The notes below the pieces were generated by a model. The model saw only the letters and a list, made by a program, of their open reading frames with translations, was not told where the DNA came from and did no database searches. Below are positions 1 through 10,309 of a DNA stretch of 64,000 nucleotides, in pieces. The position numbers were made by a program, and so were the translations under genes. This DNA is from a virus: positions 64,001 to 128,000 of IMG/VR virus record IMGVR_UViG_3300042397_002774. One strand, 5' to 3'. Each line of letters opens with the position of its first letter. Position 1 is the first letter of the stretch.

Positions 1-1327
1 CTGGGTCCCCTACAACAGTTGTAGTTGCTGCTGATCCTGTAGGGGTTGAAGCTAAATCTTCAGGTAATTTAAAAGCTCCCCAAATATCATTTTTAATTAA
101 ACATACTGTAGGATTTACAGATATTTGTAAAGGATGGCATAAGCCTAATAAATAAGGGGCTTCTGGTTTTTTTAAATTTCCAGAAGACATTTTTACTCCA
201 TTTTGGTAAGGTCTATCACTTGTTGTTACACCAACAATTGGTTTATTTCCATCTTCTGCTACAATACCTACTGTTATATGGTTATTTATTAACTTACATA
301 AAGATTCTAGTGTAATATATTTTTGACGATCAGAATCATCAAATTCTTCATCTTCTTCACCTTCTCCGTGTAATTCAATATCCATGGTAAACATATCATA
401 TGTAACACCATATTTATCAGTTACTTCATACTTAGCACTTTGGTTTTCTGATTCAATAGAACACCACAATTCGTATATTAATCCTGAAATAAAGTTTCTA
501 GAATAGAATTTTTTTAGATCTTCTGGTTTTGGAGTCTTTGCTGAGGGTGTTATTTTTAAGTACCCATTAGCTTCTAATGATATTAATGATAAATTAGCTG
601 CTGAGTAGTTTATTTTTAATGATTCTATCATTTCACCGATAGAAATCAGAGTTGTTGAGCAATCATATCCTCCATCTGGTCTTGCAGACCATTTATAATT
701 TTTTACTATACCTAAGAATCCACCATAATTTCCCTGTGCTCTTTCCTCTTTTTCAAATAATTGTTGAAATACATTTTGATAATCTTTATCAATGAGACTG
801 CTATCAAATATATTAAATGGAGTTTCTGGGGTTGTTACTAAATCTCCATTATTATTAATATAAGCAGTCCAACCCCATTCTAATAATACAGAATAACCTG
901 GTCTCATGTAAAGTAATTCTAAATCTTCTAATTGAGTTATATCCCAACAATTAAAATTTATTGTTACTTCTCTTAATGAACCATAAGCACCTTTTGATTT
1001 AACCTCAGCACTTGTAATACCAGGCATTGGTCTAATACCATACAAATGTGTTTTACCGCTTGGTGTTTGCAATGAATATGCATTTTCAGGACCTTTTCCT
1101 ACACCACTTCTTAATTTATCATTGTGTAAAGCACCACCTAATAAAACATAATTTTTAGCTAAGGCTCCACTATCTCCATTCACATCAACAGATGAAGACA
1201 TTCTTAACCATGCCTTTGCACCGTTGTGGATTGATATGTCTGTTAAATTACGTCTATTAAGAGCCTCTCCTCTTTTTAAGAGTTGCTGTTTGATATGAGA
1301 CGGGAATGATTCTTTAAATATAGACAT
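1..1327 (-). CDS. Baseplate hub-like protein, partial (runs off left edge; not in ORF track)
   Basis: ATG at 1327. Translated by hand: MSIFKESFPSHIKQQL...AWLRMSSSV...GIRPMPGITSAEVKSKGAYGSLREVTINFNCWDITQLEDLELLYMRPGYSVLLEWGW, typical of hub proteins in large Bacteroidota-type myoviruses. Follows the LysM/gp53-like gene. Confidence 0.6.
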   Translation of the reverse strand, partial: MSIFKESFPSHIKQQLLKRGEALNRRNLTDISIHNGAKAWLRMSSSVDVNGDSGALAKNYVLLGGALHNDKLRSGVGKGPENAYSLQTPSGKTHLYGIRPMPGITSAEVKSKGAYGSLREVTINFNCWDITQLEDLELLYMRPGYSVLLEWGWTAYINNNGDLVTTPETPFNIFDSSLIDKDYQNVFQQLFEKEERAQGNYGGFLGIVKNYKWSARPDGGYDCSTTLISIGEMIESLKINYSAANLSLISLEANGYLKITPSAKTPKPEDLKKFYSRNFISGLIYELWCSIESENQSAKYEVTDKYGVTYDMFTMDIELHGEGEEDEEFDDSDRQKYITLESLCKLINNHITVGIVAEDGNKPIVGVTTSDRPYQNGVKMSSGNLKKPEAPYLLGLCHPLQISVNPTVCLIKNDIWGAFKLPEDLASTPTGSAATTTVVGDP

Positions 1328-1331
1328 AACA

Positions 1332-1631
1332 TTATTTGTAATTTAAATCGTCAAACATTTTTAATATAGCACCTAAATCTGTTGGTATTCTTAATTGAGT
1401 ACCTGGTGTTAAGAACATAGATCCTTTGTTTATATTATTGTTTGCTGATGATATGATCCACCAATATTCTGGGTTTTTGTAGTATGAATAGGCTAATAGA
1501 TCTAATCTATCTCCTATTGTTGTGATAACATAGATATCATCCTCGGTTAAAGGAATGTTTGGGTATTTCTTTAACTTAAGGTATTTAGTACCTGTTGGTG
1601 TTTGTATAATATCTCTTGTTGTGTATCTCAT
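1332..1631 (-). CDS. LysM-like baseplate wedge protein (gp53/tail protein X-like)
   Basis: GDRLDLLAYSYY..PEYWWIISSAN...PGTQLRIP motif; located in baseplate module. Confidence 0.75.
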   Translation of the reverse strand: MRYTTRDIIQTPTGTKYLKLKKYPNIPLTEDDIYVITTIGDRLDLLAYSYYKNPEYWWIISSANNNINKGSMFLTPGTQLRIPTDLGAILKMFDDLNYK

Positions 1632-3922
1632 TATCTAGCTTGTGATCCTGTTAAAAATCCTGTTCCACTCATTGGGTTATCTAAATAAGATAAAAATCCA
1701 CCTTCTTTATATGTAGATAATTCTTTTCCAATAATAGTAAAACTAAATTGTGCATTTATATACATTGCTAATTTTTCATCTATATCCCAAGATGAAACAT
1801 CAGGTATATCAAAAGAAACTGATGTTAATATTCCTGGTTCTGCAACTAAGTAATTCCCTAATGTTACTTTTGTAATTATTCCTCCTAATCTATTATTACC
1901 ATCATATTTTCCAGCACCTGCTGATTGTAATTGACTTAATGCTCTATGTTTTTCAAGTAAATGAATTCTATTAAAACATGGGACTTGTATGTTAAAACTT
2001 ACATCTCTTTTATGCTCAGTGAAGGTATAAAAACTCTCTGACCTTCCCACATATTTTACTGGGTTCCAAGTTGAGTTTGAATTATATTTAAAACCTGATA
2101 AATATGCTGAGAATACTACTGTTCCTAGGTCAGTAGTGTCAAATGGATTTATTGGATCGAAAGTTACTAGCATTATGTTTCGATCAATTCTATCAAAGTT
2201 GGGAATCGTATCTCGTCCACTAAAATATTTAAAAGAAGGTTTACCACTACCCTTAATCTTTGGATCTCTATCTATGGTAATTTCTTCTGTTTTAAAATTT
2301 GTTTGATTTATTTCAGTTTTTGGAGAATCAGCCATTTCTCCATTTTCATATATTGTTTTTAATTTATTTTCTTCAGGAATGTTCTTTACATTTACAATAG
2401 ATGCTTTAACTAAATTCTTCTTTGCACGTTTACCACTAGCAACAATAACTTCATCTAATTTACTAGATATATTTTCCCAGTCAGATAATTGTTTTTCAGC
2501 ATCTGCTTGAGATATTTTACTAGTAAATGTTTGAGTGCCTGTAGGATCATCTCCTTTTTCCCCTATAAAAGAATCTCCTGATGTTCCAACAAAAGTTGTA
2601 ATCTCTCTACTTCCACCTATATACTCTGTATTTTCTTTAGTATATTTTAATGCAACAAATTTATCAAAAGAGGCAACTGTAAGTGGATTTATTGAAGGGA
2701 TAAAATCTGTCGCTTTGACATCTACAAAAATCTTTCCATTCCCAATATCATCTTGTAATTTACTTGTTGAAACTTCTGTACTATAAAAGAAATCATTTCC
2801 TTGTCTTTTTCTACCTAAGGCCTTAAATTGATCAGTTTCTACAACTTTATTTAATGGGAAGAGGGGTGATAATGGAGATGAAATAGATCCAGTAGTCCAA
2901 ATTTCTTCAGATGTTTCAAATCTGCTTTGTTCGGTTAATGGATTAACAGATATACTTCCAATTATAGTTTGGAATTGTGATTCAACAAGAGCGTCATTTA
3001 TTTTTCTTTTATCTTCAGTAAAAGTATGTCTATTGATAGTAGTTCTTCCTATACCATATAATGAATTAGGACCTCCATTGTAACTATCAATAGTAAATTG
3101 ACTAAGTAATGCTTTTACATCTAGTTTATTTCTTTTAAAATTAGTACGATCAAAATCAGTACGGATAAATTTTTCTCGAAAAAAATCACCACCAAATTCC
3201 TTAGAATATTGTCTTAAAAGTTGATTAGTAGCTCTATTAGCTTGTCTTCCTTCTCTGTTAGTAGCTCTGTTAGCTCGTCTTCCTTCTCTGTTAGTAGCTC
3301 TGTTAGCTCGTCTTCCTTCTCTGTTAGCAATTCTATTTTCTCTTCTTTCTTCTTGTAAATCAAAATCCTCACCAACACCTCCTATATTATCTCCTAAATT
3401 GAATTTATCTGTTAAAGCAACTAATCTATTATTATCAGAATTTTTATTATTTTCAGCAACTACCTTAATGTATTTAATACTATCATCCGTTACTGGGAAA
3501 AGACCATGTCTTGTTAAGTGTCCACCGAATGCTGTAAGAGGGATTTGACGAAGGGTGTTAATACCTAAATTATATAAACGAGTTGAACCAAGCAACCCAC
3601 CAAGACTTTTTTTAGTTTCAAGTTTAGGATTAGATAATTGCAATCCAACTTGTTTAGCTAAAAATAAAGGTCCTTTAGGTAAGTCTTTAAAAAATTTACC
3701 TATACGAATCGTATCAACTATTGAGGCATTTAAAGCTCCTATATGTCCCCCTCTAATTAAACCATCATCAAATTTAGTAAGTCTAAATCTAGTAAGGGGT
3801 TTATCTAAATCTTTTAATTCGGTTTTTACATAAGGTTGCCCACTGTTACCCCCGTCTGAAGTATCATTACCGTACTTCAAACTACGTAGTTTGGTAGCAT
3901 TTAACTGTGTTATTATAGGCAT
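1631..3922 (-). CDS. Baseplate/tail-tube initiator-like protein (gp48/gp54-like C-terminal domain)
   Basis: C-terminal FSAYLSGF...WNPVKYVGRSESFYTF...RDVSFNIQV...GILTSVSFDI; lies between tape measure and LysM gene. Confidence 0.6.
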   Translation of the reverse strand: MPIITQLNATKLRSLKYGNDTSDGGNSGQPYVKTELKDLDKPLTRFRLTKFDDGLIRGGHIGALNASIVDTIRIGKFFKDLPKGPLFLAKQVGLQLSNPKLETKKSLGGLLGSTRLYNLGINTLRQIPLTAFGGHLTRHGLFPVTDDSIKYIKVVAENNKNSDNNRLVALTDKFNLGDNIGGVGEDFDLQEERRENRIANREGRRANRATNREGRRANRATNREGRQANRATNQLLRQYSKEFGGDFFREKFIRTDFDRTNFKRNKLDVKALLSQFTIDSYNGGPNSLYGIGRTTINRHTFTEDKRKINDALVESQFQTIIGSISVNPLTEQSRFETSEEIWTTGSISSPLSPLFPLNKVVETDQFKALGRKRQGNDFFYSTEVSTSKLQDDIGNGKIFVDVKATDFIPSINPLTVASFDKFVALKYTKENTEYIGGSREITTFVGTSGDSFIGEKGDDPTGTQTFTSKISQADAEKQLSDWENISSKLDEVIVASGKRAKKNLVKASIVNVKNIPEENKLKTIYENGEMADSPKTEINQTNFKTEEITIDRDPKIKGSGKPSFKYFSGRDTIPNFDRIDRNIMLVTFDPINPFDTTDLGTVVFSAYLSGFKYNSNSTWNPVKYVGRSESFYTFTEHKRDVSFNIQVPCFNRIHLLEKHRALSQLQSAGAGKYDGNNRLGGIITKVTLGNYLVAEPGILTSVSFDIPDVSSWDIDEKLAMYINAQFSFTIIGKELSTYKEGGFLSYLDNPMSGTGFLTGSQAR
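3225..3328. repeat. 33-bp tandem repeat x3 encoding (NREGRRANRAT)n
   Basis: Unit ttagtagctctgttagctcgtcttccttctctg starting at 3225 (degenerate), 3258 and 3291. Confidence 0.9.
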
Positions 3923-3937
3923 TCCTTGATTTGTTTA

Positions 3938-4234
3938 TTAATAACGACCGTCAGTTGGACCTAAATCGCTATATTTACGACCTGATTTTGATTTGTATTG
4001 TTTTGCACGTGGGTTGCGTGGTGCCTTAGGATCTAATTCATTTAATGTAGATTCTGGTCTAACTTTAGAAGAACCATTAAAGTCAACTAATTTAACTTTA
4101 GGATCTGTGTGAATTGAATACTGATTGTGTAATTTATCAGTTGCGGTACCAGCAAAATATCCAAATTTTCTAGCTTCTAATCTATTAGCTGTCAAACCCA
4201 ATTTGCTTTTGTCTTTTTGATTAATGATTGCCAT
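3938..4234 (-). CDS. Hypothetical basic protein, 98 aa
   Basis: ORF track; has its own upstream ATATTTAT motif. Confidence 0.7.
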   Translation of the reverse strand: MAIINQKDKSKLGLTANRLEARKFGYFAGTATDKLHNQYSIHTDPKVKLVDFNGSSKVRPESTLNELDPKAPRNPRAKQYKSKSGRKYSDLGPTDGRY

Positions 4235-4259
4235 TTTATTTAATTTAAAATTGTCTATG

Positions 4260-4267
4260 TATAAATA
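4260..4267 (-). promoter_or_regulatory. Putative late promoter motif ATATTTAT(A/T)
   Basis: Conserved motif ~25 nt upstream of 4234 start. Confidence 0.6.
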
Positions 4268-4272
4268 TTAAA

Positions 4273-6930
4273 TTAGGCCGTTTTGTAACGTCCGTTCATA
4301 TTTTGTGTTGTACCTACTTTCACACTATCCATTATCACTACACCTTCTTTATTGATTAATTGACCAATAGCCGCTCTAACTTCATTAAGGGCGGATACTA
4401 CTGGTGATAAATCAATAGATACTCCCCCACCACCACTCTCCCCACCTGTTAAATTTGTACCTACTTTAATTTTACCATCAGCACCATACATTGCTTTATC
4501 ATTTGGATCTAATTGTACAGAACCAAACTCTCCAGTCATTACAGGACCTTTGCTTGGATCAACTATACCATCTTTCATAGCCATATAAGTACCTAAAGAA
4601 GCCATAACAGCTGCTAAACCTGCTATAATCCATACTGTGGCGGCACCAAATGAAACGGCTTCTGCGGCTGTAACTGTAGCTGCTGCTGTCCCTGCGGCAA
4701 GTGTTGCTTCTGTGGCTCTTAAACCTAATAATATTGGTATTTTAGCTATTTGTGCTAATATTCCAGCTTTACTAAGTCCTTCCATTAGGGCTTTTCCTCT
4801 GGCTACAATTAAATCTTTAAGAGCCCAACCATATGCTACTACCTTGGTGGCTAATGATTCTTTTTCTAGAGCTAAGCTTAGTGTTTTAAAAGATAATTTA
4901 CTTCCTTCTGTAGCTAATCCTATTGCTGCTTGAGCATTACCAAAGGTAGTAGCAACATTTTCTGATATTTTACTTGTTAAAGATGCTGCTTGATATCCTG
5001 CTTTTCTACCCATTAATGTTGCTGATAGTCCTTCAGTAACTGCTATTGCTTTACCTATTCCATTTATGGCTAACATTGTTCCATAAATGCCTAAAAATAA
5101 CCCTCCTATTATTTTGATAGGAGTAGCCATATAATTGATTATATTCAAAGCTCCACTTAATAAATCTAAAAAGGAACCTAAAGGGCCTGCTAACAAATCT
5201 CCTACAATTCTTTGTAATTTCTCCATAGCAGCATTAAACTTATCTTGAACATTTTGTCTTTCAAGAGCTTGTGCTGCTTCTTCTTCATTTATTTGAGCTA
5301 AAGATTTACCAGATTTAACCGCTTCTTCTCTTTTTCTTAATTGTTCTGCTAATTTATCAGATGTAGTTCCTAAAGATTGAGCATAAGCATTCTGTGCTAA
5401 TACATTCATATTAGAAAACTTAGCAGCTGTTAAACCTTGGTTTGCTAATTCTTGAGCAACACCAGCCATATCACCTTGTAAAGCTAATGCTCTAGCTCTT
5501 TCTAAATTTAAAGCCTGACCTGTTAGTAGTTCAGCTTTTAATTCATTTTCAATTGATGATTCAAAATTTAATAAAGATTCTGCTTGTGATTTAGTGTCTT
5601 CTAATGTAGTACCTAATGCTTTCATAGTTACTACAGCTCTAGCTATACGTTCAGGGTTATATCCTAAATTAGCAGCTAATTGGCCTGATACTTTAACAGC
5701 TTCAGCTAATGCTGATTTGAAATCAATACCAACTTTAAGTTGGTTTCTCGCTGTTGCTAAACCTCTAACAAATGATCTATATGTTTCTTCAGATGATTTA
5801 CCAGACAATGCAGCATATCTTTGAACTTGAGCTGCTTCATCTGCTTGTAATCCAACCTGTTTAGTTAATTTAATTTGAGTTTCAAGCTGGTCTGCTGTAA
5901 ATTCATAAGCAAATCCAGTTGCCTTTACTAATTCACCAAATGCTTGAGTTAATGTAGCTGTATTTACATTTAGATTTTTAGATGCATTTTGTATATCCAC
6001 CATCTTTTCCCTAAATGCATCTGCTCTTTGAGTTCCATATCCTAATTGCTTTCCTAATTCAACTGCTTGTGCGTTTGCATTTAGAGCTGCTTTGAAGAAG
6101 AAATTAGCAATTTTTAACAATATAGTTAATTGAGTAACAGGATCTTTTAAGGCTTGTCCTATTCCAGAAACAGTTCCTTTTACCCCAGTCATTAACACAT
6201 CCCATTTAGACCCGGTTTTAGCAACTTCCCTCATATCTTCTTTTAGGTTTTCAAAGAAGGTACTACTAATACCTAATTTACCTAAAGCACCAACTATACC
6301 ATCTACTATTTTTCCAGATATTCCTAGCTTTTCAATAATTTTATTTTCCTCATCTAATCTTTGTTGAGTAAGTGTTTGAGCTCTATGTAAATAATTGTTG
6401 TTTTGATCTAGAAATTTACCTTCCTTATCAAACAATCCATTTAATTCTCTATATTGACTTATTTCTTCTAAAACATTTTTAAGACCTCTTTCTTTAGCGT
6501 TTGCTTCAATTCTATCTAAATTCTGACCTTTATATTTAGTATCTAAAAATTCTTTACTTTTATATAACTTTTGAGTTTCTATTTGAAGTTTTTTCTGATT
6601 GCTTATTAAGTCTTGTTTAGATAATCTACTAATATCTTGAGAGTCATATTTTAATTTATCTGCAAGACCACTTATTTTTTTAAAGCTTGAATTAATATCT
6701 CTAGAAGTAACATTAGTTTTAGATAAATCTCTTACAACGTTTTTTAATTGATCTGCTAGATCCGTAAACTCATTAGATAAAGAATCAAAGTGACGTTGAG
6801 AATTGATTAATTCTCTATTAAATTCAGCAGTACTAGCCTTAACTTCATCCATTCGCTTTCTAAGAGCATCAGCGTTTAGACCTGAGTCTTTAAGGTACTG
6901 TTCAATCTGTTTTAATAGTTTCTCATCCAT
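4273..6930 (-). CDS. Tape measure protein, 885 aa
   Basis: Long helical Ala/Leu/Lys-rich protein with hydrophobic C-terminal segments; follows tube and chaperone genes. Confidence 0.85.
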   Translation of the reverse strand: MDEKLLKQIEQYLKDSGLNADALRKRMDEVKASTAEFNRELINSQRHFDSLSNEFTDLADQLKNVVRDLSKTNVTSRDINSSFKKISGLADKLKYDSQDISRLSKQDLISNQKKLQIETQKLYKSKEFLDTKYKGQNLDRIEANAKERGLKNVLEEISQYRELNGLFDKEGKFLDQNNNYLHRAQTLTQQRLDEENKIIEKLGISGKIVDGIVGALGKLGISSTFFENLKEDMREVAKTGSKWDVLMTGVKGTVSGIGQALKDPVTQLTILLKIANFFFKAALNANAQAVELGKQLGYGTQRADAFREKMVDIQNASKNLNVNTATLTQAFGELVKATGFAYEFTADQLETQIKLTKQVGLQADEAAQVQRYAALSGKSSEETYRSFVRGLATARNQLKVGIDFKSALAEAVKVSGQLAANLGYNPERIARAVVTMKALGTTLEDTKSQAESLLNFESSIENELKAELLTGQALNLERARALALQGDMAGVAQELANQGLTAAKFSNMNVLAQNAYAQSLGTTSDKLAEQLRKREEAVKSGKSLAQINEEEAAQALERQNVQDKFNAAMEKLQRIVGDLLAGPLGSFLDLLSGALNIINYMATPIKIIGGLFLGIYGTMLAINGIGKAIAVTEGLSATLMGRKAGYQAASLTSKISENVATTFGNAQAAIGLATEGSKLSFKTLSLALEKESLATKVVAYGWALKDLIVARGKALMEGLSKAGILAQIAKIPILLGLRATEATLAAGTAAATVTAAEAVSFGAATVWIIAGLAAVMASLGTYMAMKDGIVDPSKGPVMTGEFGSVQLDPNDKAMYGADGKIKVGTNLTGGESGGGGVSIDLSPVVSALNEVRAAIGQLINKEGVVIMDSVKVGTTQNMNGRYKTA

Positions 6931-6947
6931 AAGTAGTAAATTACCTA

Positions 6948-6955
6948 TATAAATA
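6948..6955 (-). promoter_or_regulatory. Putative late promoter motif
   Basis: ATATTTATA upstream of tape measure start. Confidence 0.6.
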
Positions 6956-6956
6956 T

Positions 6957-6981
6957 AAAAAGCGCCTATTTCTTAGGCGCT
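6957..6981 (-). terminator. Intrinsic terminator
   Basis: AGCGCCTA/TAGGCGCT stem followed by T-run on minus strand. Confidence 0.75.
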
Positions 6982-7214
6982 CTTGTTGAATATGTGGGTT
7001 TGGATACGTTTGGTGTTAATGGTTTAGATGATGTTTTTGTTTTATTTTCAAGCTGTTTATTTTGTTTTTCTATAGCCTCATTTTCATCATCGTAAAACTT
7101 TTTCATTTTATGGAACGTAAATCGACGCAACCATATCGGCATATTATACACTGTATTCCAATCATATCCACCTTTTCCATGAAATACTATTTCGTGGATT
7201 TGGTCAAATACCAT
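6966..7214 (-). CDS. Tail assembly chaperone C-terminal part (GT/gp51-like), probably reached by frameshift from upstream gene
   Basis: QIHEIVFHGKGGYDW..VYNMPIWLRRF motif; frame is open upstream across the T7 run at 7239-7245; directly precedes tape measure. Confidence 0.65.
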   Translation of the reverse strand: MVFDQIHEIVFHGKGGYDWNTVYNMPIWLRRFTFHKMKKFYDDENEAIEKQNKQLENKTKTSSKPLTPNVSKPTYSTRAPKK

Positions 7215-7218
7215 AGGT

Positions 7219-7971
7219 CTATCTTCCTGAGTCAGGCCAAAAAAAGTTAATTCCTACTGGAATAGAAATGCCCTCCTCTGCACCTTCAGGGTAGTGAGTC
7301 ATATCAATATCTGGTTGGATTTGTGCATAGTATTCACGTAATGCTCTAGCATCTTTTGCTGTTAAACCATTATCAACAAAATCACGAATAGTTGCTAATT
7401 CTCTATCACCATTGACTGATGTGATTATATATTTTAAACGAGTTGTAATTTCAAATGAACCTTGTGGGTTAATTTTCTTTAAACCTTTAATTTCAGCATC
7501 AATTTTTTGTTCATCACCATGTGTTAACAATTTAAATGTTACTGTATTTCCAGATAAAGGCATTTTAAATGTAAATTCATTATTACCTTCTTCAAATAAT
7601 GATAAATCAACTTCTTTTTCTTTTAATGCTGATAAATCAACACTTACTATTTCTTCAACACCTGTCTCGTAATTATAATTTTTAAATTGATATTCAGCAC
7701 CATATCCTAAAATACGAGCACCTAACAGTATAGCGTTTTTATCGCACACTAATATATCATTAAAACTAACTGGTGTTACTATTAAGGATTGCATTACTCT
7801 ATTGAGTACTGATCCATCTTTAATATAATTAGCATTAGTAAGAATATCTTCTTCTTTAGCTGTCATATATTTCATTTCAATTTCACCTTTAGAAAGTGGT
7901 GAGTCTTTCGGATATAATAATCCTTTTGAAGGCAACGAAACCGTTTCGGTTGGCATTTTAAAATCGCTCAT
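7219..7971 (-). CDS. Tail/baseplate hub assembly chaperone (T4 gp26-like)
   Basis: TETVSLPSKGLLYP...IEMKYMTAKEEDIL...FKLLTHGDE...NFFWP; lies between tube and tape measure. Confidence 0.75.
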   Translation of the reverse strand: MSDFKMPTETVSLPSKGLLYPKDSPLSKGEIEMKYMTAKEEDILTNANYIKDGSVLNRVMQSLIVTPVSFNDILVCDKNAILLGARILGYGAEYQFKNYNYETGVEEIVSVDLSALKEKEVDLSLFEEGNNEFTFKMPLSGNTVTFKLLTHGDEQKIDAEIKGLKKINPQGSFEITTRLKYIITSVNGDRELATIRDFVDNGLTAKDARALREYYAQIQPDIDMTHYPEGAEEGISIPVGINFFWPDSGR

Positions 7972-7994
7972 ATAACATTTTTATTTTGTTCGTA

Positions 7995-8002
7995 TATAAA
8001 TA
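7995..8002 (-). promoter_or_regulatory. Putative late promoter motif
   Basis: Context ttttgttcgtatataaatatata is identical to the copy at 11695. Confidence 0.6.
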
Positions 8003-8007
8003 TATAG

Positions 8008-8035
8008 AAAAAGAAAGCGTCTGCAAAGCAGACGC
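8008..8035 (-). terminator. Intrinsic terminator after tail tube gene
   Basis: GCGTCTGC-ttt-GCAGACGC stem plus T-rich tail on minus strand. Confidence 0.8.
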
Positions 8036-8064
8036 CTCTAGGAAAAGAAATATGAAAGGGGAAA

Positions 8065-8550
8065 TTAAAAATTCAATACACAGTAATCCATAGCAATAGT
8101 AAGGGAAATGTTAACTGCTGATTCACTAGCCCAATCGTATTCACCAAAGTTTGCTGATTTTACATAAGCACCTTTGATTATCCATTCGCTAACGATGTCA
8201 CCTACTGGACCTAATACGTTCAATACTAAATCTTTTTTATAAAAATCAGAATAACCATCACGGCCTGTTACTGATTCGTGAGCCAAACGAGCCCATTCCA
8301 TTACAGCTTGAGCACCACTTGGAGTGATTGGATCATAAAGTTCTAAGTTCATATCTTGCCACTTAACTTTACCTTTTACTTTACGGTAAACGTTGATGTG
8401 GTCTAATACGATTTCACCTGCATCAAATTGAGGTGACGCTGCCTTCTTAATCAAGTATGCTGGAATACCGTCTACATACATGATGAAACGATTCTGCACC
8501 TTTGGTTCGAAAGCGGTGAACATTATTTGGTTTGCGTCTAATACAGCCAT
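8065..8550 (-). CDS. Tail tube protein (T4 gp19-like)
   Basis: FEPKVQNRF...WQDMNLELYDPI...SEWIIKGAY..SANFGEYDW; directly follows sheath. Confidence 0.9.
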   Translation of the reverse strand: MAVLDANQIMFTAFEPKVQNRFIMYVDGIPAYLIKKAASPQFDAGEIVLDHINVYRKVKGKVKWQDMNLELYDPITPSGAQAVMEWARLAHESVTGRDGYSDFYKKDLVLNVLGPVGDIVSEWIIKGAYVKSANFGEYDWASESAVNISLTIAMDYCVLNF

Positions 8551-8572
8551 TTTATGTTAAATTTTGTCTATT

Positions 8573-8580
8573 AATAAATA
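8573..8580 (-). promoter_or_regulatory. Putative late promoter motif
   Basis: ATATTTATT upstream of tube gene. Confidence 0.55.
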
Positions 8581-8596
8581 TTATTGTTTATAACTC

Positions 8597-10309
8597 TTAC
8601 GCTGGGAATGTTGCCCCAGTTGGTAATACTGTGAAATCTAACACAATGAATTCTGCTGTTTTACTTGGTTGTAAATAGATTTGACCAACTAATTGGTTTC
8701 TATCGATTACATCAGGTGTGTTATTAGAATCATCCATTACCACTTTATAAGCATATAAACCTTGACGTTGTACTACTGATTCTAAGTAAGGGTTTGCAAT
8801 GCTCATAAATCTGTTTCTTGTAGCTGCTGTATTTTGTTCAAATACTAATGAACGACCTACTTGACCTAAGAAACCTTTCAAGGTAATCAACAAACGACGA
8901 ACGTTAATTCTGTCTAATGAAGTTGATTTTTTCTGTAATGTCTTTTGACCAAACGCTACAACACCTTCTCCAGGGAATGAAGCTAATGGGTTGATGTTTG
9001 TATCATATAAAGTATCACGATCTTCTTGAGATAATCTTCTTTCAGCTCTTAATACTGATCCAATTCCACCACGGTTTAAACCTGCTGGAGCGAACCATTC
9101 AGCACCTACTTGGTCGTTGAATGCGAATACACCACCCATTACTACAGATGGAGGACACCATACAGCCTTACCTAAGTTATTGCTAAACAATTGTACCCAT
9201 GGATAATATGCAGCACCATAACTTGAACCATTAGCAGCAGCCGCTGTAACAGCAGCAGCTACGTTAGCTCCATATGCTGTAGTATCGATAATTGCCATTG
9301 AATCACCTCTACCTTCACATACTGCAATTACATCATCTGAGATTGAACTTAAAGCACCAGTACCTAATGTTACACCAGGAACTAATAATAAGTTAAAGCT
9401 ATAATCATCTTTATTTGATAATAAAGTTAAAGCAGATGTGTAATCAGCAGCAGCAAATCCTTGACAGTTTGTAGCTGCCGTGTCATTTGCTTCAAAAAAT
9501 ACAGCTGTTCTGTTAGTTGCAGCTACACCACCACTAAATGAACCACTACCTGCTGCTGGTAAATAACCACCAAAAGTTGAAGTTTTATAATTACCTAAGT
9601 TATCAATTGAATCGATAGTGTTGTTTACTGTTTTAACACGTACATATGAAGAACCACCTTGGAAACTACCTGAAATTTCTACTAAGCCTTTTGAAGCATT
9701 GTAAACAGGTTTTGCATCACCTACTACACGAGAGATGAAGTTTGGTTGAGCTGGGTCTAAAGATAAGTTTGAGAATGTTTCTAGAACATTTTTGTTATTT
9801 GTGTTGTCATCACCACGACGAACTACTAATGTAAATGTACCTTTTGTACTGTTAACATTAGTTACTTCCCAACGTACGTTCTCTATTGTACCATTTGCTA
9901 AAGCACCTGATGTTTCAGAACCACTGTTGTTTGCAATATCACCCCATTGAGTAGCTTCTAAAACAAAAGAAGCAGTTGAGTTTGATGTTGCTGCTGCTGA
10001 TGAGCTAGCGTAAGTGTCGTAAGAAGAGCCACTAATAATTTTAGTTACTAACAATGAATTTCCACCATTGTTGAAATATTCTTTAGCAGCAAGTGATGTA
10101 AAATATTCATAGTAGTTACTTCCACTTTTGAATATATCACCAAAAACTGATAAATATTCACTATAAGAAGTTACAACTGTTGGGGCCATTGGGTTACCTT
10201 TAACTGTAGGACCAACAATAGCAGCTCCAACCTCTTGAATACCTCTTTGTACTAAACTCTTGTCGTTTTCGCGAGTAAAAACGCCTGGAGAGATAATTTT
10301 TTCTGCCAT
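8597..10309 (-). CDS. Tail sheath protein (T4 gp18-like)
   Basis: SPGVFTREND N-terminus; WFAPAGLNRG, RINVRRL, FEQN, PSKTAEFIVLDF. Confidence 0.95.
   Translation of the reverse strand: MAEKIISPGVFTRENDKSLVQRGIQEVGAAIVGPTVKGNPMAPTVVTSYSEYLSVFGDIFKSGSNYYEYFTSLAAKEYFNNGGNSLLVTKIISGSSYDTYASSSAAATSNSTASFVLEATQWGDIANNSGSETSGALANGTIENVRWEVTNVNSTKGTFTLVVRRGDDNTNNKNVLETFSNLSLDPAQPNFISRVVGDAKPVYNASKGLVEISGSFQGGSSYVRVKTVNNTIDSIDNLGNYKTSTFGGYLPAAGSGSFSGGVAATNRTAVFFEANDTAATNCQGFAAADYTSALTLLSNKDDYSFNLLLVPGVTLGTGALSSISDDVIAVCEGRGDSMAIIDTTAYGANVAAAVTAAAANGSSYGAAYYPWVQLFSNNLGKAVWCPPSVVMGGVFAFNDQVGAEWFAPAGLNRGGIGSVLRAERRLSQEDRDTLYDTNINPLASFPGEGVVAFGQKTLQKKSTSLDRINVRRLLITLKGFLGQVGRSLVFEQNTAATRNRFMSIANPYLESVVQRQGLYAYKVVMDDSNNTPDVIDRNQLVGQIYLQPSKTAEFIVLDFTVLPTGATFPA

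Noticed and set aside
3225-3328. CRISPR-like repeat
   Set aside because: Head-to-tail coding repeat with no spacers.
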